Both the position numbers and the translations under genes were made by a program. 64,000 nucleotides of DNA from Gekko japonicus. Lineage: Eukaryota. Below, one piece after another: positions 1-12,620 of this stretch. The DNA lies in the NCBI RefSeq assembly GCF_001447785.1, contig NW_015168654.1:1748031-1812030 (forward strand). The letters are read 5' to 3'. Below the pieces are notes generated by a model that was given only the letters and a program-made list of their open reading frames with translations, made no database searches and was not told where the DNA came from. How positions within the stretch are numbered: position 1 is the stretch's first letter; each line of letters begins with the position of its first letter.

Positions 1-850
1 GGTTGGATTGCTGGACTCGGACCTGGGCACAGAGTTGCCAGTCTCCAGATTACAATTCTGATCTCCAAACTACAGAGAGAAAATGTCTGCTCTGGTGGTT
101 GGACTCTATCGCATTATATGCCACAGAGGTTCCTCCCTTCCCCAAACCCAGGGTCAGCTCTCCCGCTAGGCCAACTAGGCACTCGCCTAGAGCGGGAGGC
201 CCTGGATGGGGGCGCCGAAGTTCGCCCCCCCCCGCCAAAAGCCAGCGCCGATCCCCGAGGCTCCCCTCCACATCCCTCCACATCCTTCCCGCCTGCCTGG
301 ACCCTCTCCAGAGACCCATGGCCAGCGGGGAAAGGCGCTGGCAGAGCGGGCGCATGAAGAGGGGAGCCCATGCCGGGTTGCGCTTGCTGCCACCTGCCGG
401 GGAAGCCAAGGCCGCTGGAGCTGGCGGGGGGGGAGGCGAACTTTGGCGCCCCCATCCAGGGCCCGCCGCCCCATCCAGGGCCTCCCGCTGGGTTCCCAAT
501 GGGGTGGTCTTCAGGCCCCACCAGGAGGTTGGCACCTGCAGCCTGCAGCCTCACCTAGGGCGCAGCCTCGCCTCGGGCCGGCCCTGCCCAAACCCTGTCT
601 TCCCTAAGTTCCACCCCCAAATCTCCATTAATTTCCCAACCTGCAGTTGGCAATTCTACCTGGGGACCCAAGTTCAAATCCTTGCTCTTCCATGAAAGTT
701 CATCAGTGACCTTGGGTCAGTCATTCTTCTGTGTATGAAATAGAATGTAATGAATGTATTGAGCTTGAGTCTGACAAGGTATTGTAAACCGACCTATCAG
801 AACAAAGGAAGTTCTGGAGGGAAGCAAAGAAGTTAGGCTGAGAGAGAGTG

Positions 851-1624
851 TGTTACATATGAGACTCGAGGCAGCAGGTGAACAGTAATAACGGCTTTAT
901 TTGAACACGAAGTCAGAAGAACCAGAACGAGACAAACAATGGAGCAACAGGCTCCTTTTTAAACAGTCCGGGCTTGGCAAGCCACGCCCACATGTCAGAT
1001 AAGATCCAATCAAATACAGTACATAAAGACCAATCACTTTGCTTCCCTCCAGAACTTCCTTTGTTCGGATAGGTCGGAGGTCCTGTGCTTGAGTTGGACC
1101 AGACTGGGGTTACAATACCTTGTCAGACTCAAGTTCAATACATTCATTACATTCTATTTCATACACAACAATCCTCCCCCCTAAGACAAGACAACCCTTG
1201 AACAGTCATAATCTTTCAAGTAAGCAGGACGCTGCTTGACCCGTTGGGGTTGTCTGATATTTACTGTTGGTGGGGTAGGAGGAAGGGCTTCGGGCTCCCT
1301 GTGAGTGAGCTTGGTTTGATTCCTTATGGGACTGAGTGTCCGATTACCATAGTCGTGGCTCTGCTCGCCCTCGACTATGCCTGAGGGTTCCAGTGCTTGG
1401 AAGCCCTCAGCCCGTTCGGAGTCTGGAGACTCTACCTGACTGTCTGAGTCAGGCACATCGGCCACCTGGGGAAAGGAATCAGGAACTGAGTCAGCCCACC
1501 GCTTGCGCAACTGATCGACATGGCGCTTCATTACTCTACCATCATTCACTTTTACCGTGTAATGGTGGGACCCGAGGACATGGGTTACTGTGCCTGGTAA
1601 CCACTTGTGTCCGCTGGTAACCAC
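851..1624 (-). mobile_element. Ty3/Gypsy LTR retrotransposon 3' fragment: integrase C-terminus, PPT and 3' LTR (851-1170)
   Basis: ORF 1181-1624 with ...KRHVDQLR...RPAYLKDY; polypurine GGGGGAGGA precedes TGTTG; LTR ends TAACA and contains TTTAAAAA and AATAAA. Confidence 0.8.
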
Positions 1625-1770
1625 TTGTGTCTCGTTCTGGTTCTTCTGACTTCGTGTTCAAATAAAGCTGTTATCATTGTTCACCTGCTGCCTCGAGTCT
1701 CTCTCTCAGCCTAACTTCTGTCATGACAATGGGCTTGGAGCTGTGGTGTGGGCCGGGCTGGCATGTTAGC

Positions 1771-1989
1771 TAGGGTTGCCAGCTCCAGGTTGGGAAATTC
1801 CTGAATATTTGGGGGTGGAACCTGAGGTGGATGGGGTTTGGGAAGGGGAGAGACCTCAGCAGGGTATAACGCCATAGATTCCACCCCTCCAGAGCAGCCA
1901 TTTTCTCCAGTGGAACTGATCTCCATAGTCTGGAGATCAGTTGTAATTCTGGGAGGTCTCCAGGTCCTACCAGGAGGTTGGCAGCTATA
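1771..1989. mobile_element. hAT MITE with TAGGGTTGCCA TIRs (one of more than 10 copies or fragments in the window)
   Basis: Shared internal sequence with copies near 17934, 19480, 20531, 29539, 39781, 41090, 46458, 62628 and 62930. Confidence 0.75.
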
Positions 1990-2379
1990 CTGAAGGCCTC
2001 AGGATGGTCTTTCACACACGCACAGGTCTCAGGCCTGGCTGCCAATTTTCTCGCAGTCCTCCGGGTCCCAGTCACCCTCCAAGCCTCAGGATATAACAAT
2101 GGATCTCCAGACGACAGGGACTCCTCATAAAAACCCCACTCAGACCCACCCTTTCCCATGACACTACTTCGCAAGATTGTTGTAGTGAGAAAAATAAGGG
2201 GAGAATGATTTTATAAATTGTTTCGTCTGCACTGGGGTGCAAATTGGGGTATAAATATCTAACTAAATAAACAAAATAAATGTTGGAAAGGTGGAGCCAA
2301 ATCCAGATGTAGTTCAGAGCTCCCTGGCAGTCAAGCCCTTCTTCCCTGTCACCATTGTGCTCATGAGTCAGGGCTTTCT

Positions 2380-3280
2380 GGCAACAATGCCTCATACAGC
2401 AAAGGGCTTGAAACAGCCTAGCCCACCTAGTAAAATAGATGGCCCTTTAGTAACTCTTTGTGACCAGTTTGCACTTTGTCCTTTAAGCCAACAAGAGTCA
2501 GATGCTGCTATAATACCTGGCCAAGGTTGCTGCTTGGTCAGTTGGATCAGTTTCACTTGGTATCTCCTGAGGATACTGAGAAGTGTTCATGGCTTGCTTG
2601 ATCAATGAGGCCTGTTACGGGTGGCACTGATCAGTACTCCTATCACTGAGGAGTCATGACCTTAGTTCTGAAGCAAGCTATCCAGCCAATTGTTTTTAAA
2701 AAATCTGCTTATCTGAGAGCTTTGAATAATTACAGGCCCATCTCTAATCTTCCATTCTGGGGTAAAGTCCAAGTGGGCAGTAATGGAACATCCCAGGTGG
2801 TCTTGGAGGAAACTGATTATCTCTCAAGGTTTAGGTCTGGCTGTAGGACTGAAGCTACTCTGGCAGACTGTCCTCATCCAGAGACAGATGGGTGAGCATA
2901 TTGCTCTTGATTCTTCCAAACCTCTCAGGGTTTTTGATTTGATTGCCCATCAGTTACTTCTGGATTGAAGGTATTGCTTTGCAGTGGCTTTATCCCTTTG
3001 TGTCTAGCCAGTTGCAGAAGTTTACATTGAATTACTATTGCTTAATCTCAGTGGAGCTATCCTGTACAGTGCCACAAGGTTCAGCCTCGATGCTGATACT
3101 TGGAGAGATCACCAGGCAATATGGAATGCAGGGAGGTGGGTGCCCCCCGCAAAAAAAAAGGCAGGGCCTTTTTTGCTGTGGCGCCTTGCCTTTGGAACTC
3201 TCTTCCCACAGTTGCTCACCTGGCACCTAGCTTGACTTGGTTTCGGTGGCAGACAAAAGCTTTTTAAAGGGCTTTTTCTT
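2380..3280 (+). mobile_element. Decayed L2/CR1-group LINE fragment
   Basis: NYRPISNLPFWGKV RT-proximal motif with multiple frameshifts; boundaries approximate. Confidence 0.6.
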
Positions 3281-3612
3281 TGGTCTGACCTGGATGGCCC
3301 AGGTAAGCTTGATCTTGTCAGTTTTCCAAAGCTAAATAGAGTTGGCTGTTGTTAGTACTTGGATGGGAGGCCACCAACAAAGTCCAGGGTTGCTATGCAG
3401 ACCACCTCTGTTCATCTCCTGCCTTGGACACCCTGTGGAGTCACCACAAGTCAGGTGCAACTTGATGGCACTTTCCAGCAGGGCTTTTGGGTTGAGGATG
3501 ATTGATTATACATTAGAATGAATTTTTAATCACATTATTAGTTTAATTACATTATTAGTGATTATTGCACAGGTGATGTTTTGAATGTTTTTAGCTGCTT
3601 TATGTTTTGGCT

Positions 3613-4480
3613 CCAGGGGATTTCCTGCGGCCTTGATGCGAGTGGAAACAGGACTCCCTTCTATTAAGGCAAGGGTGCACTTCGCAATTATAAAATACTG
3701 GAAGAAGATCGATTCGTCTAGATCTAACTCTCTAAGCCACCAATCTGTTAGATCATTATTAACAAAAGACCCTACGCATTCTGATTCTTTTAGCAATATC
3801 CTTAGTAGATACATCATACCTGATGACCTCCTCGGGGCCTCAGGTGACCATTCCCAACTCAGGGAATGGATTTTCAAATCAGATGCTGTGATAGATGGCT
3901 CACAAAGTCGAAAACAGCGCCTTGGTACAGCTCCTATTTATATAATATTTCCAATATAATATTATATAATATTTCCAACTATAGCCCTCAGGGTGTCTTT
4001 TACTGCCTTGTGTTTTCAAACAATGTACACAGCATTGTGGGAGGGTCGATATTTTCAAATTCCAACAGAACACAGTATATGTATTTGCGGTTTACTTGCC
4101 ATTGAGAACCTCCCTCAATGTCTGTATCTTAGTCTGCCTGTTATACAACGCACCCAGAGACAAATTCTTGACAGGAATTTTATTTACTATAAAAGCGTAT
4201 TCTGAAAATGAGAAGATTGTGTTTTTGTTATCAGATACTGATGAGTTCATATTTTATAGAGTCTCCCTTTTTGCCCTTGCGGCCAAAAAGATTAGACCCA
4301 GGGCAGCATCATAGGGGCCACTCTTATAAAACGTAGGCTATTTTAACCGATTCTCATTTTATGTATGTGATTTTAGGTTTTACTTCTTTATGTATTTTAT
4401 CATAATGTTTTACTGTTCTATTTGAATGTTTTGTAATTTTGTTGTGGCCTATGGCTAACACAATAAATCCTACTTACGAC
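3613..4480 (+). mobile_element. 5'-truncated non-LTR retrotransposon 3' end (RTEX-like) with 10-bp TSD
   Basis: Frameshifted ORF2 C-terminus (ETGL...KYW; GRY...C.C), AATAAA near the end, TGTTTTGGCT at 3603-3612 and 4481-4490. Confidence 0.65.
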
Positions 4481-5612
4481 TGTTTTGGCTTTCGATTCTT
4501 TTTACTGACTGTCTCATTAATGATTATTCATTACTTTTAGGGGTTGTTTTTCATTGAGGATCGTTTTTTTATTGATTTATGTAAGATTCCCCAGAAGCCT
4601 CGGGAGTTATGTGGGATATAAATTATTTTAAATGAACAATAGGCGGATGACAGCACAGTTCTGTTTTCCATTAGGTCCAGGAGCAGTTGTAATGCGTATG
4701 CCAGCACCCGAACTAGATAAGGAAGAATAACTGTCAGCTGAATGCAGATAAGCTTCAGCCTAGAGAATATTTAATAAATCGAATCAATTGAGGATGGTTG
4801 AAGGATCCCTGTGATGCCAGGTAGGTGAGTTTGTTTACACGAGATGGGGTTCACACTCCCCCAAGGGATCAGATTAATAGTTTTAAGGATTTCTTGGCAT
4901 CCTGCTTTGCAGATTGATCTGCAGTGGCCGGGAGTGCCATTCATCAACTTTGGCTGATAAACTGACTGATAAACTGGCTGATAAAAGTCATCCACCTTTT
5001 ATGTTTTGGTAATGTCATCCGGACTACTGCAATGAGCTGCCGTTAAAGGGAACCCCAAAGCTGTAATTGATACTGTCTTCTGTGTCCTGCTTTTTGTTTA
5101 GCGAAATAGAGCAAAGCTTTCCAAGCATAATGGGATAGATTGACAACTGCCCGTACATGTGTTCTCTGTTATGGCTCCCACCTTGTGGAACAGCCAGCCT
5201 CAGGAAGTCAGACTGCAAAATGTTCAAACTAGAAATGTTCAGGAGGGCATTTTAATAAAGGGAATAGAAGTGTACTGTAATTCAGGAGGGTGCTTTTATA
5301 ATGGAATTGGAGTCTATTGTAGTGTTTATTATATGTAACATCTTCCTTTTACGGCATTGCCTTCTACTTTTCTAACAAACTTTGTGGTATGTCGTGCCTT
5401 TGACAGGTTTTTCTTTTTGTATTGTTTTCCAGTCCTGTAATCCTAGTTCTGGAAGGAAGGCGGTATGATATAGCCCAGTCTTGTCAGATCTTGGAAGCTA
5501 AGCAGGGTCAGTACTTGAAAGGGAGACCACCAAGGAAGGCTCTGCAGAGGAAGACAATGGCAAATCACCTTTGCATCTCAGGCTGCGAGTATACATACAA
5601 TTAGACCCAACA

Positions 5613-5753
5613 TACCCTGTTTTCCCAAAAATAAGACCTACCCCAAAAATAAGCCCTAGCAGGATTTCTATGCATTTGTGGTATAAGCCCTAGTGTGTCT
5701 TCTTGAGAAAAAATAAATATAAGACAGTGTCTTATTTTCGGGGAAACACGGTA
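5613..5753. mobile_element. Tc1/mariner (Tigger-like) MITE
   Basis: TIRs TACCCTGTTTTCCCAAAAATAAGAC / GTCTTATTTTCGGGGAAACACGGTA with terminal TA; nested in another repeat. Confidence 0.7.
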
Positions 5754-8700
5754 GGTGTGAATGCTGGGCAGATTTAAAGGGTGCAATCAGACAACAACAT
5801 CTGGGAAGTGCCCCACAGCCATTGGCAACCCGTTCTGCTTTGCCGCAGAAGTGGTGTTAAAAGACACCGGGGAAACTCTGGTAGTAAACAGGTTGCAATG
5901 GGCCACGGACGGACTTTCCTGTGTCTGATCGCTCCAGCGCGCTCTCATGGAGTCAGGATGATCTAATCAGGCCATCCCAACTCCATGCTGTTCCTTCTCA
6001 GTATGCGCATCATCGCAAACTCCATAGGGAGCCTTCAGTGTGGAGGTGTGATTCATTAATCCCTCGGGGGGGGGGGGGAGGCCCAACACAAAACCCGATG
6101 TCTGATCACACACTGACGGACTGCGCCCACAGCTTCAAAGGGAGGTGTGATCATGCAACTGCGGGTCAAATTCCTCTGGAGGAAATAGCCTCACCCCCCC
6201 CCCCCCCATTTTTCCTGGTGAGTGTGACCACAACTTCACTTGCCTTAAAAGCCCCTTGCTGGAGTCACCATAAATTGCCTGCAACTTGACGGCACTTTAC
6301 GCACACAGTCTTAGTCCTATTTCCTTGTTTATTGGATGAGTTATGCTGTCTGAACTGCTTTTTGTAATCTGACTTTATTCTCCACAAGAAAGGCAGGCTA
6401 TAAAGAAAGTGAAAAAATAATATTTTCTTGCTCATCTGTACTGGATACCAGTTACCTTCCAGACCCAGTCAAGGTGCCTACATGACCTGGGTCATATGTA
6501 TCTAAAGAGCATCTGCTCTTGTACTATTCTCCACCAGCACAAACAGGAGAGGCTGCAGTGCAGATTCCTCAGCAGTTCAATTGATGGCACTGCTTCTCTC
6601 TTGATACTGTTCTCTTGGTAAAAGTTCCAATCCTGAGGAACTCCTTGCCCTCCTAGTCAGGGTCATAGACTTCTCAATTTCCCCCTTGGGGGGGGGCATG
6701 GGGCTGAACCTGGTCCAGGCCCACCCTTAGTAATCTATATTATTTAAATATAAAATTATTTATATTTCCAAAACCCACATGCCATCAACAATTAATCATG
6801 TGGTTTTAAAAATATAATTTTTCCCACTCATAATAGTCTGAATCTCAATAAAAGAAAGAGGACTCTGTGAGAGGAAAGATGTCAGAAACTCCTTCACTAA
6901 GACAATTTGAGTAAATATTTCATTCATGTATGAAAGGAAATACTTCCTCTCTCTCTCTTTTTCTCACAACTTAGCCTGAGTTATGTGACTGGCCCAAAAC
7001 CTTGTAGTGTGCTTTGTGGCTAAGTGGGGATTTGCGCTCTGGTCTCTCCAATCTTAGACCAGAACTCTAACTATACCACTCATGTACTGGATACTCTAAA
7101 TGCATCTCAGAATCCACAGTAAACCCACAGTAAATACAGGCTTTTCAAATGCTCTGACCTGAAATTATGGGAGCATTTGTTCGGCTAAAGTAGGATCCAG
7201 GACAGCAGAATCACCTCACTTTCTATGTTTGATGTTACCAATTTTATCTCCTCCCCCACACCATGTACAGACACAAAGAGACAAAAAAGGCTATTCCAAT
7301 ATCATCCCTTTTTTTTTGCAGTTTCATTTTTTTATTATTAAAAAAAACCCCAAACAGCAAACGACATAACAGATATACACCATACAGATAAGAAAGGGGG
7401 GGGGAAGGCTTCCAATTTTCTCTATGACAAATATAGGCTTAATTACATAATTTTCTCTTACTCTATGAATACAATAAAGAGCTCTCTTTTTCTATTATCT
7501 AAATTTCTTATTCCTGAAAACCATAAATCATCAAATCATTGTAGAGAAAACCCAAAGGTTCAAATAATCTATTGATTATTATTGGGTTTCCAGAGGGCCT
7601 CTGAGAAAGGACTTTGGGGTGTTGTTTTTTTCTCTAGAAGTAAGCTGACAAAGTGTTAACCACTAAGTAGAATTGTAGAAAACAGATGTTTTAAATCAAA
7701 TTTAATTGTCATACAAAGAATATTTTAATGAGCAGCTGTTCTTACCCCACCTTTTTAATTAGACTGCCATGAACCATCCCAGCTAGACCTGTCAAAGATT
7801 TATAGTGGGACTTTTGGCTTCAAAGGAGTTAATTACAGCTTATGAAGTTTTGAGTAATTTTAAATGAGGAAAAATCAACTAGGCTTCTCTATCCTTAATT
7901 TTAGAATGCTTTAACATATCGATATTGAACTACTGGAGTCTATAAGCAATATATATATATATATATATGCCTTTTTCAGCCTCTTTTAAAAAAGTTTTGT
8001 ACAATCCTGTTGCCAAAACATCCTTATTGGGCTGCCTCCCCACACACACCCCACACTCCGGGAATGGTGGGGGTGGGGAAGAAGTGTCTGCCGGTTGAAT
8101 TTCCATGGTTGCCAACCTCCAGGTGGGGCCTGCAATGAACTGAACTGGTGTGATGCCAGTGAAAGAAATTTTAATTGGAATAACAGGAAGCACCACTGCC
8201 AACATTAGAGATCTATGGTGGGATCCTTTACTTTGAAGGATCTAGAAATAATTGGTCAAGATGTTTTTAGAAAGGCCTAATTGAGGTGAATGAAAGGGTA
8301 ATTGTATTGTAACAGAGAGCATAATCCTTCTTCTGACTTGCTATGTGTTTCTAAAAAAGGAGATCAGCCCCCCCTGGAGAAAACGGCTGCTCGGGAGGGT
8401 GGTTTCTCCCCTGCCTGAACCACGACCTCCCCAGCCTCTGCCCTAAACCTCCAGTTGCAGAACAGACAGAGAGTCCAGGAGCACCTTACACAATTTGAGG
8501 CAGCAGGTAGGGTTGCCAGCTCCATGTTGGGAGCCCCACAACTTTATATTTTAAAGCCCATTTTATCATGTATTCTTTTACTTGTTCTTCCTCTCAGTCT
8601 CAAATTTCAACAATAAGAACATAAGAACATAAGAGACCAGTGGGGTACAATGCCACAGAGACCACCAGTGTTCCCTCTGAGCTGAATCAGTGTGAGCTAG

Positions 8701-10562
8701 CTTACAGTCTTTTAGCCGGCTCACCCATTTTTGCCTTCGCTCGGGAAGGGTGGCTCCAGAGCAAACGAATGTATGCAGCAACCAATTCGGATCACTCACC
8801 ACTTTTAATGCCAGTAGCTCACAAAGCAGCATTTCTGCTCACAAGACTCCACAGCTTAGAGGGAGCACTGGAGTCCACCCTCCAAAGCACCCGTGTTCTC
8901 CAGGGGGAACTGATCTCTGTAGTCCGGAGATGAGCCGTAGTTCCGGGGGATCCCCAGGTCCCACCTGGAGGCTGGCATTCCTAGCAGGGGATGCGCTTTC
9001 GTGAGACACCAGTTCTGAAGAAGTGAGCCGCGACTCACGGAAGCTCCTCCCCTGCCACAAATCCCATTGGTCTTCTTTAAGGTGCTCCCGGACTCTTTTT
9101 TCTACCATGGCCTACCTTGCTTTAAATCTCCAGGAATTCCCCCCCTACCGGGGCGGATTAAGGTTCACCTGTGCCCTAAGCGCTGACCAATCTTGGTGCC
9201 TATGTTTTTTGCTATATGCTCCTCATATTCCCTTTTTGCCTGACTGATCACAGACTTGCATTTTATTTGTCACAGCCTGTGTTTATACATTTAATAATTT
9301 ATACATTTTAGTAATAAGATATTTTTTGTTTGTACATAATTCTTTTTCAAATTCAGACTTGAATTGTTCAAATTCAAAATACCTTTTGTCTTTTTCAAAC
9401 CTTTCCAAGATTTATAAATACAAAAACCAATGACAGGTATAACCTTCTGTTAATAAATTTCCTCTAGATTTGAAATTTATATTCTCCTTGTTTTTCTAAC
9501 ATATCACGATATGGTGACCATTTATGCAAACTGAAGATGTTAGGAGATGGGAAGAACTTGCAGCTAAAGATTGTAGGGAGTCCCAGGTTCAATCCCCTGA
9601 TATTTTCTGTTTTTAAAAAAATATCTGGTGGCGGTCACACGGGTGAGATAAACTGGGGGGGAATTTGACCCGCAGTTGCACGACCACACAGTCCTTTGAA
9701 GCTGCGGGGGCAGCCCACCACTGCGTGATCAGACGCAACTGCGGGTGAGTCAGGGGTTGTTGTTTTGTTTTTTTGCCATTTGTTTCCGATTCGCTTAAAC
9801 GGGGAATCGATGAATTGCATCTCAGCACTGAGGGCTCCCTATGGAGTGTTGCACATACTGAGAAGGGGGGAAAAAAACAATGGCACGGAGTCAGGATGGC
9901 CTGATCAGACCGTCCCGACACCATGAGAGCGTGCTGGAGCAATCGGACATGGGAAAGTCCGTCCGTGGCCCATAGCAACCCGTTTGCTACCGGACTTTCC
10001 CTGGTGTCTTTTTACTCCACTTCTGCGGCAGAGCAAAATGGGTTGCTGAAGGGTGCGGGGTGCTTCCCAGATGTCCGTGTCTGATACCACCCTTTAAATC
10101 CACTCGGCATTACGCGGCTAATTGTGCGTGTGATTGCAACCTTTGAGAGAATCACCTGGAGAAAGGAGCAGTCTCTGCCTTAGACCTCAGCGGTTTATTT
10201 TTTTCAAAGCACCACAAGCCGGAATAAAGATGTCAACAGCCTGATTAAAGGCTGGCTCCAAAAAACAAGGCCGCAAGGCAGAAAGAACATCAATCCTCAT
10301 CCTCATCCTCCTTCTTCTCAGTCAGTGTGTCACAATGGTTAAGAGTGTCAGAGCAGGATCTGGGAAGCCCAGGTTTGAAACCCCACTTGTGCCATGAAGC
10401 AGTCACACTCTCTCAGCATAACCTACCACACAGGGTTGTTGTGAGGTTACAATGGAGGAGAGGAGAATGATGTAACCTGCTTTGGGTCCTGTTTAGTGAG
10501 AAAAGGCAGGATATGAATGAATTAAAATATATATATATTAAAGTGGTAAGAGAAAGCCTCTG

Positions 10563-12122
10563 AACATACGAACATAAGCGAAGCCAATGTTGGATCAGGC
10601 CGATGGCCCATCCAGTCCAACACTCTGTCACACAGTGGCCAGAAATACCAGGTGCCATCAGGAGGTCCAGCAGTGGGGCCAGGACATTAGAAGCCCTTCC
10701 ACTGTTGCCCCCCCAAGCACCAAGAATACAGAGCATCACTTGCCCCAGCCTGTGATTTCCTATCTATACCTTGTGGCTAATAGCCACTGATGGACCTCTG
10801 CTCCATATGTTTATCCAATTCCCTCTTGAAACTGTCCATGCTTGTAGCTGCCACCACCTCCTGTGGCAGTGAATTCCATGTGTTAATCACTCTTTGGGTG
10901 AAGAAGTACTTCCTTTTATCTGTTCTAACCCGACCGCTCAGCAATTTCATGGAGTGCCCACAAGTTCTTGTATTGTGGAGGAGGAGGAGGAGGAGAGGAG
11001 GAGATTGGATTTATACCCCGCCCTTCACTACCCAAAGGTGTCTCAGAGTGGCTTACAAACTCCTTTCCCTTCCCCTCCCCACAACAGACACCCTGTGAGG
11101 TAGGTGGGGCTGAGAGAGCTCTGATAGAAACTGTTCTTTTTCAAGTACAGCTCTTATCAGAACTACGGCTTGCCCAAGGTCATCCAGCCAGGTGCAAGTG
11201 GAGGAGTGGGGGATCAAACCCGGTTCTCCCAGATTAGAGTCTGCGCACTTAACCAATACACCAAACTGGCACCAAACTCACCAAATTGTGAGAAAGGGAG
11301 AAAAGTACTTATTTCTCGACCTGCTGTATTCCATGCATAATCTTATAAACCTCAGTCCTGTCACCCTTCAGCTGTTGTTTCTCAAAGCTAAAGAGCCCCA
11401 AGCGCTTTCCCCTTTCTTCATAGGGAAAGTGTTCCAACCCTTTTATCATTCTAGTTGCCCTTTTCTGCACTTTTTCCAATGCTATAATATCCTTTTTGAG
11501 GTGTGGTGACCATAACTGTACACAGTACTCCAAACGAGGACGCACCATCGATTTATACAGGGGTATTATGATACTGGTTGATTTGTTTTTGATTCCCTTC
11601 CTAATAATCCCCAGCATAGTAGCCTTTTTTATTGCAGTCACACACTGTCTTGACATTTTCATTGAGTTATCTACTAGGACTCCAAGTTTCTGCCAGTTCG
11701 GACCCCATCAACGTGTATTTATATTTACGATTTTTTGTTCCAATGTGCATCACTTTGCACTTGGTCGCATTGAACCCCATTTGCCACATTGACGCCCACT
11801 CGCCCATCCTCAACAGATCCCTTTGAAGTGCCTCACAATCCTCCCTGGTTGTCACCACCCTGAACAACTTTGTGTCTTCCGCAAATTTAGCCACTTCACT
11901 GCTTCCTCCCAACTCCAAATTATTAATAAACAAGTTAAAAAGCATCGACTGAGTACTGATCCCTGATGTACCCCACTGCTTACCACCCTCCACTGAGAAA
12001 ATTGCCCATTTATACTCTCTGTTTCCTATTAATTAGCCAGTTTTTGATCCACAAAAGGACTTGACTATTGAGCTTACTTAGGAGCCTTTGATGAGGAACT
12101 TTATCAAAAGCTTTCTGGAAGC
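10563..12122 (-). mobile_element. CR1 LINE 3' portion interrupted by a SINE
   Basis: RT C-terminal motifs (KFAEDTKL; LYKSMVRPRLEYCVQLWSPH; EKVQKRATRMI); TTATGTTC-type tail. Confidence 0.9.
10977..11270 (-). mobile_element. tRNA-derived SINE (Squam3-like) inside CR1
   Basis: A/B-box head and L2-like tail; near-identical to copies at 30708, 31672, 46111 and 47715. Confidence 0.8.
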
Positions 12123-12568
12123 TCTCTACCAGCGCTCTTAAAACGCCTGAGTGTCTGAAACTGGAATGGGGACTGAGCCTGGCCTTTTAATCCTTAATCC
12201 TTGCGCTGATTGCCTCCTCTTCCTAGCGACCTAGCCCCTTCACTCCCCCCCCCTCCAACCCCCCCCCCCAAACGTCCGCTGTAGATGAGACCAGAAAATG
12301 TATTATTTATTTATTTATTGGACTTCTATCCCACCCTCCCCGCGAACGGGATCAGGGTGGGTCACAACAGAAAAACCAATACAAAATTCAACATTAGAAC
12401 TCTAAAGCATCATATTAAATGAAGGCAAGAAGGTAAGGCAAGGCAGCTAGTCTGAAGAACGGGCGGGAGTGCGCGCAGCTTGCCTGTGCGGCCGGAAGGC
12501 TGGCATGGTAACCCTTTCCCCGAAAAAAGCCTTTTCCAGCCTCATGAAGACTATCATTGCACGCATTC

Positions 12569-12570
<2 letters not shown>

Positions 12571-12619
<49 letters not shown>
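12571..12619. repeat. (AGCC)n microsatellite
   Basis: About 12 tandem units. Confidence 0.95.

Positions 12620-12620
<1 letters not shown>

Noticed and set aside
3-695. 230-aa ORF and overlapping ORFs
   Set aside because: GC-rich MITE and inverted-repeat sequence; no recognisable domain or splice context.
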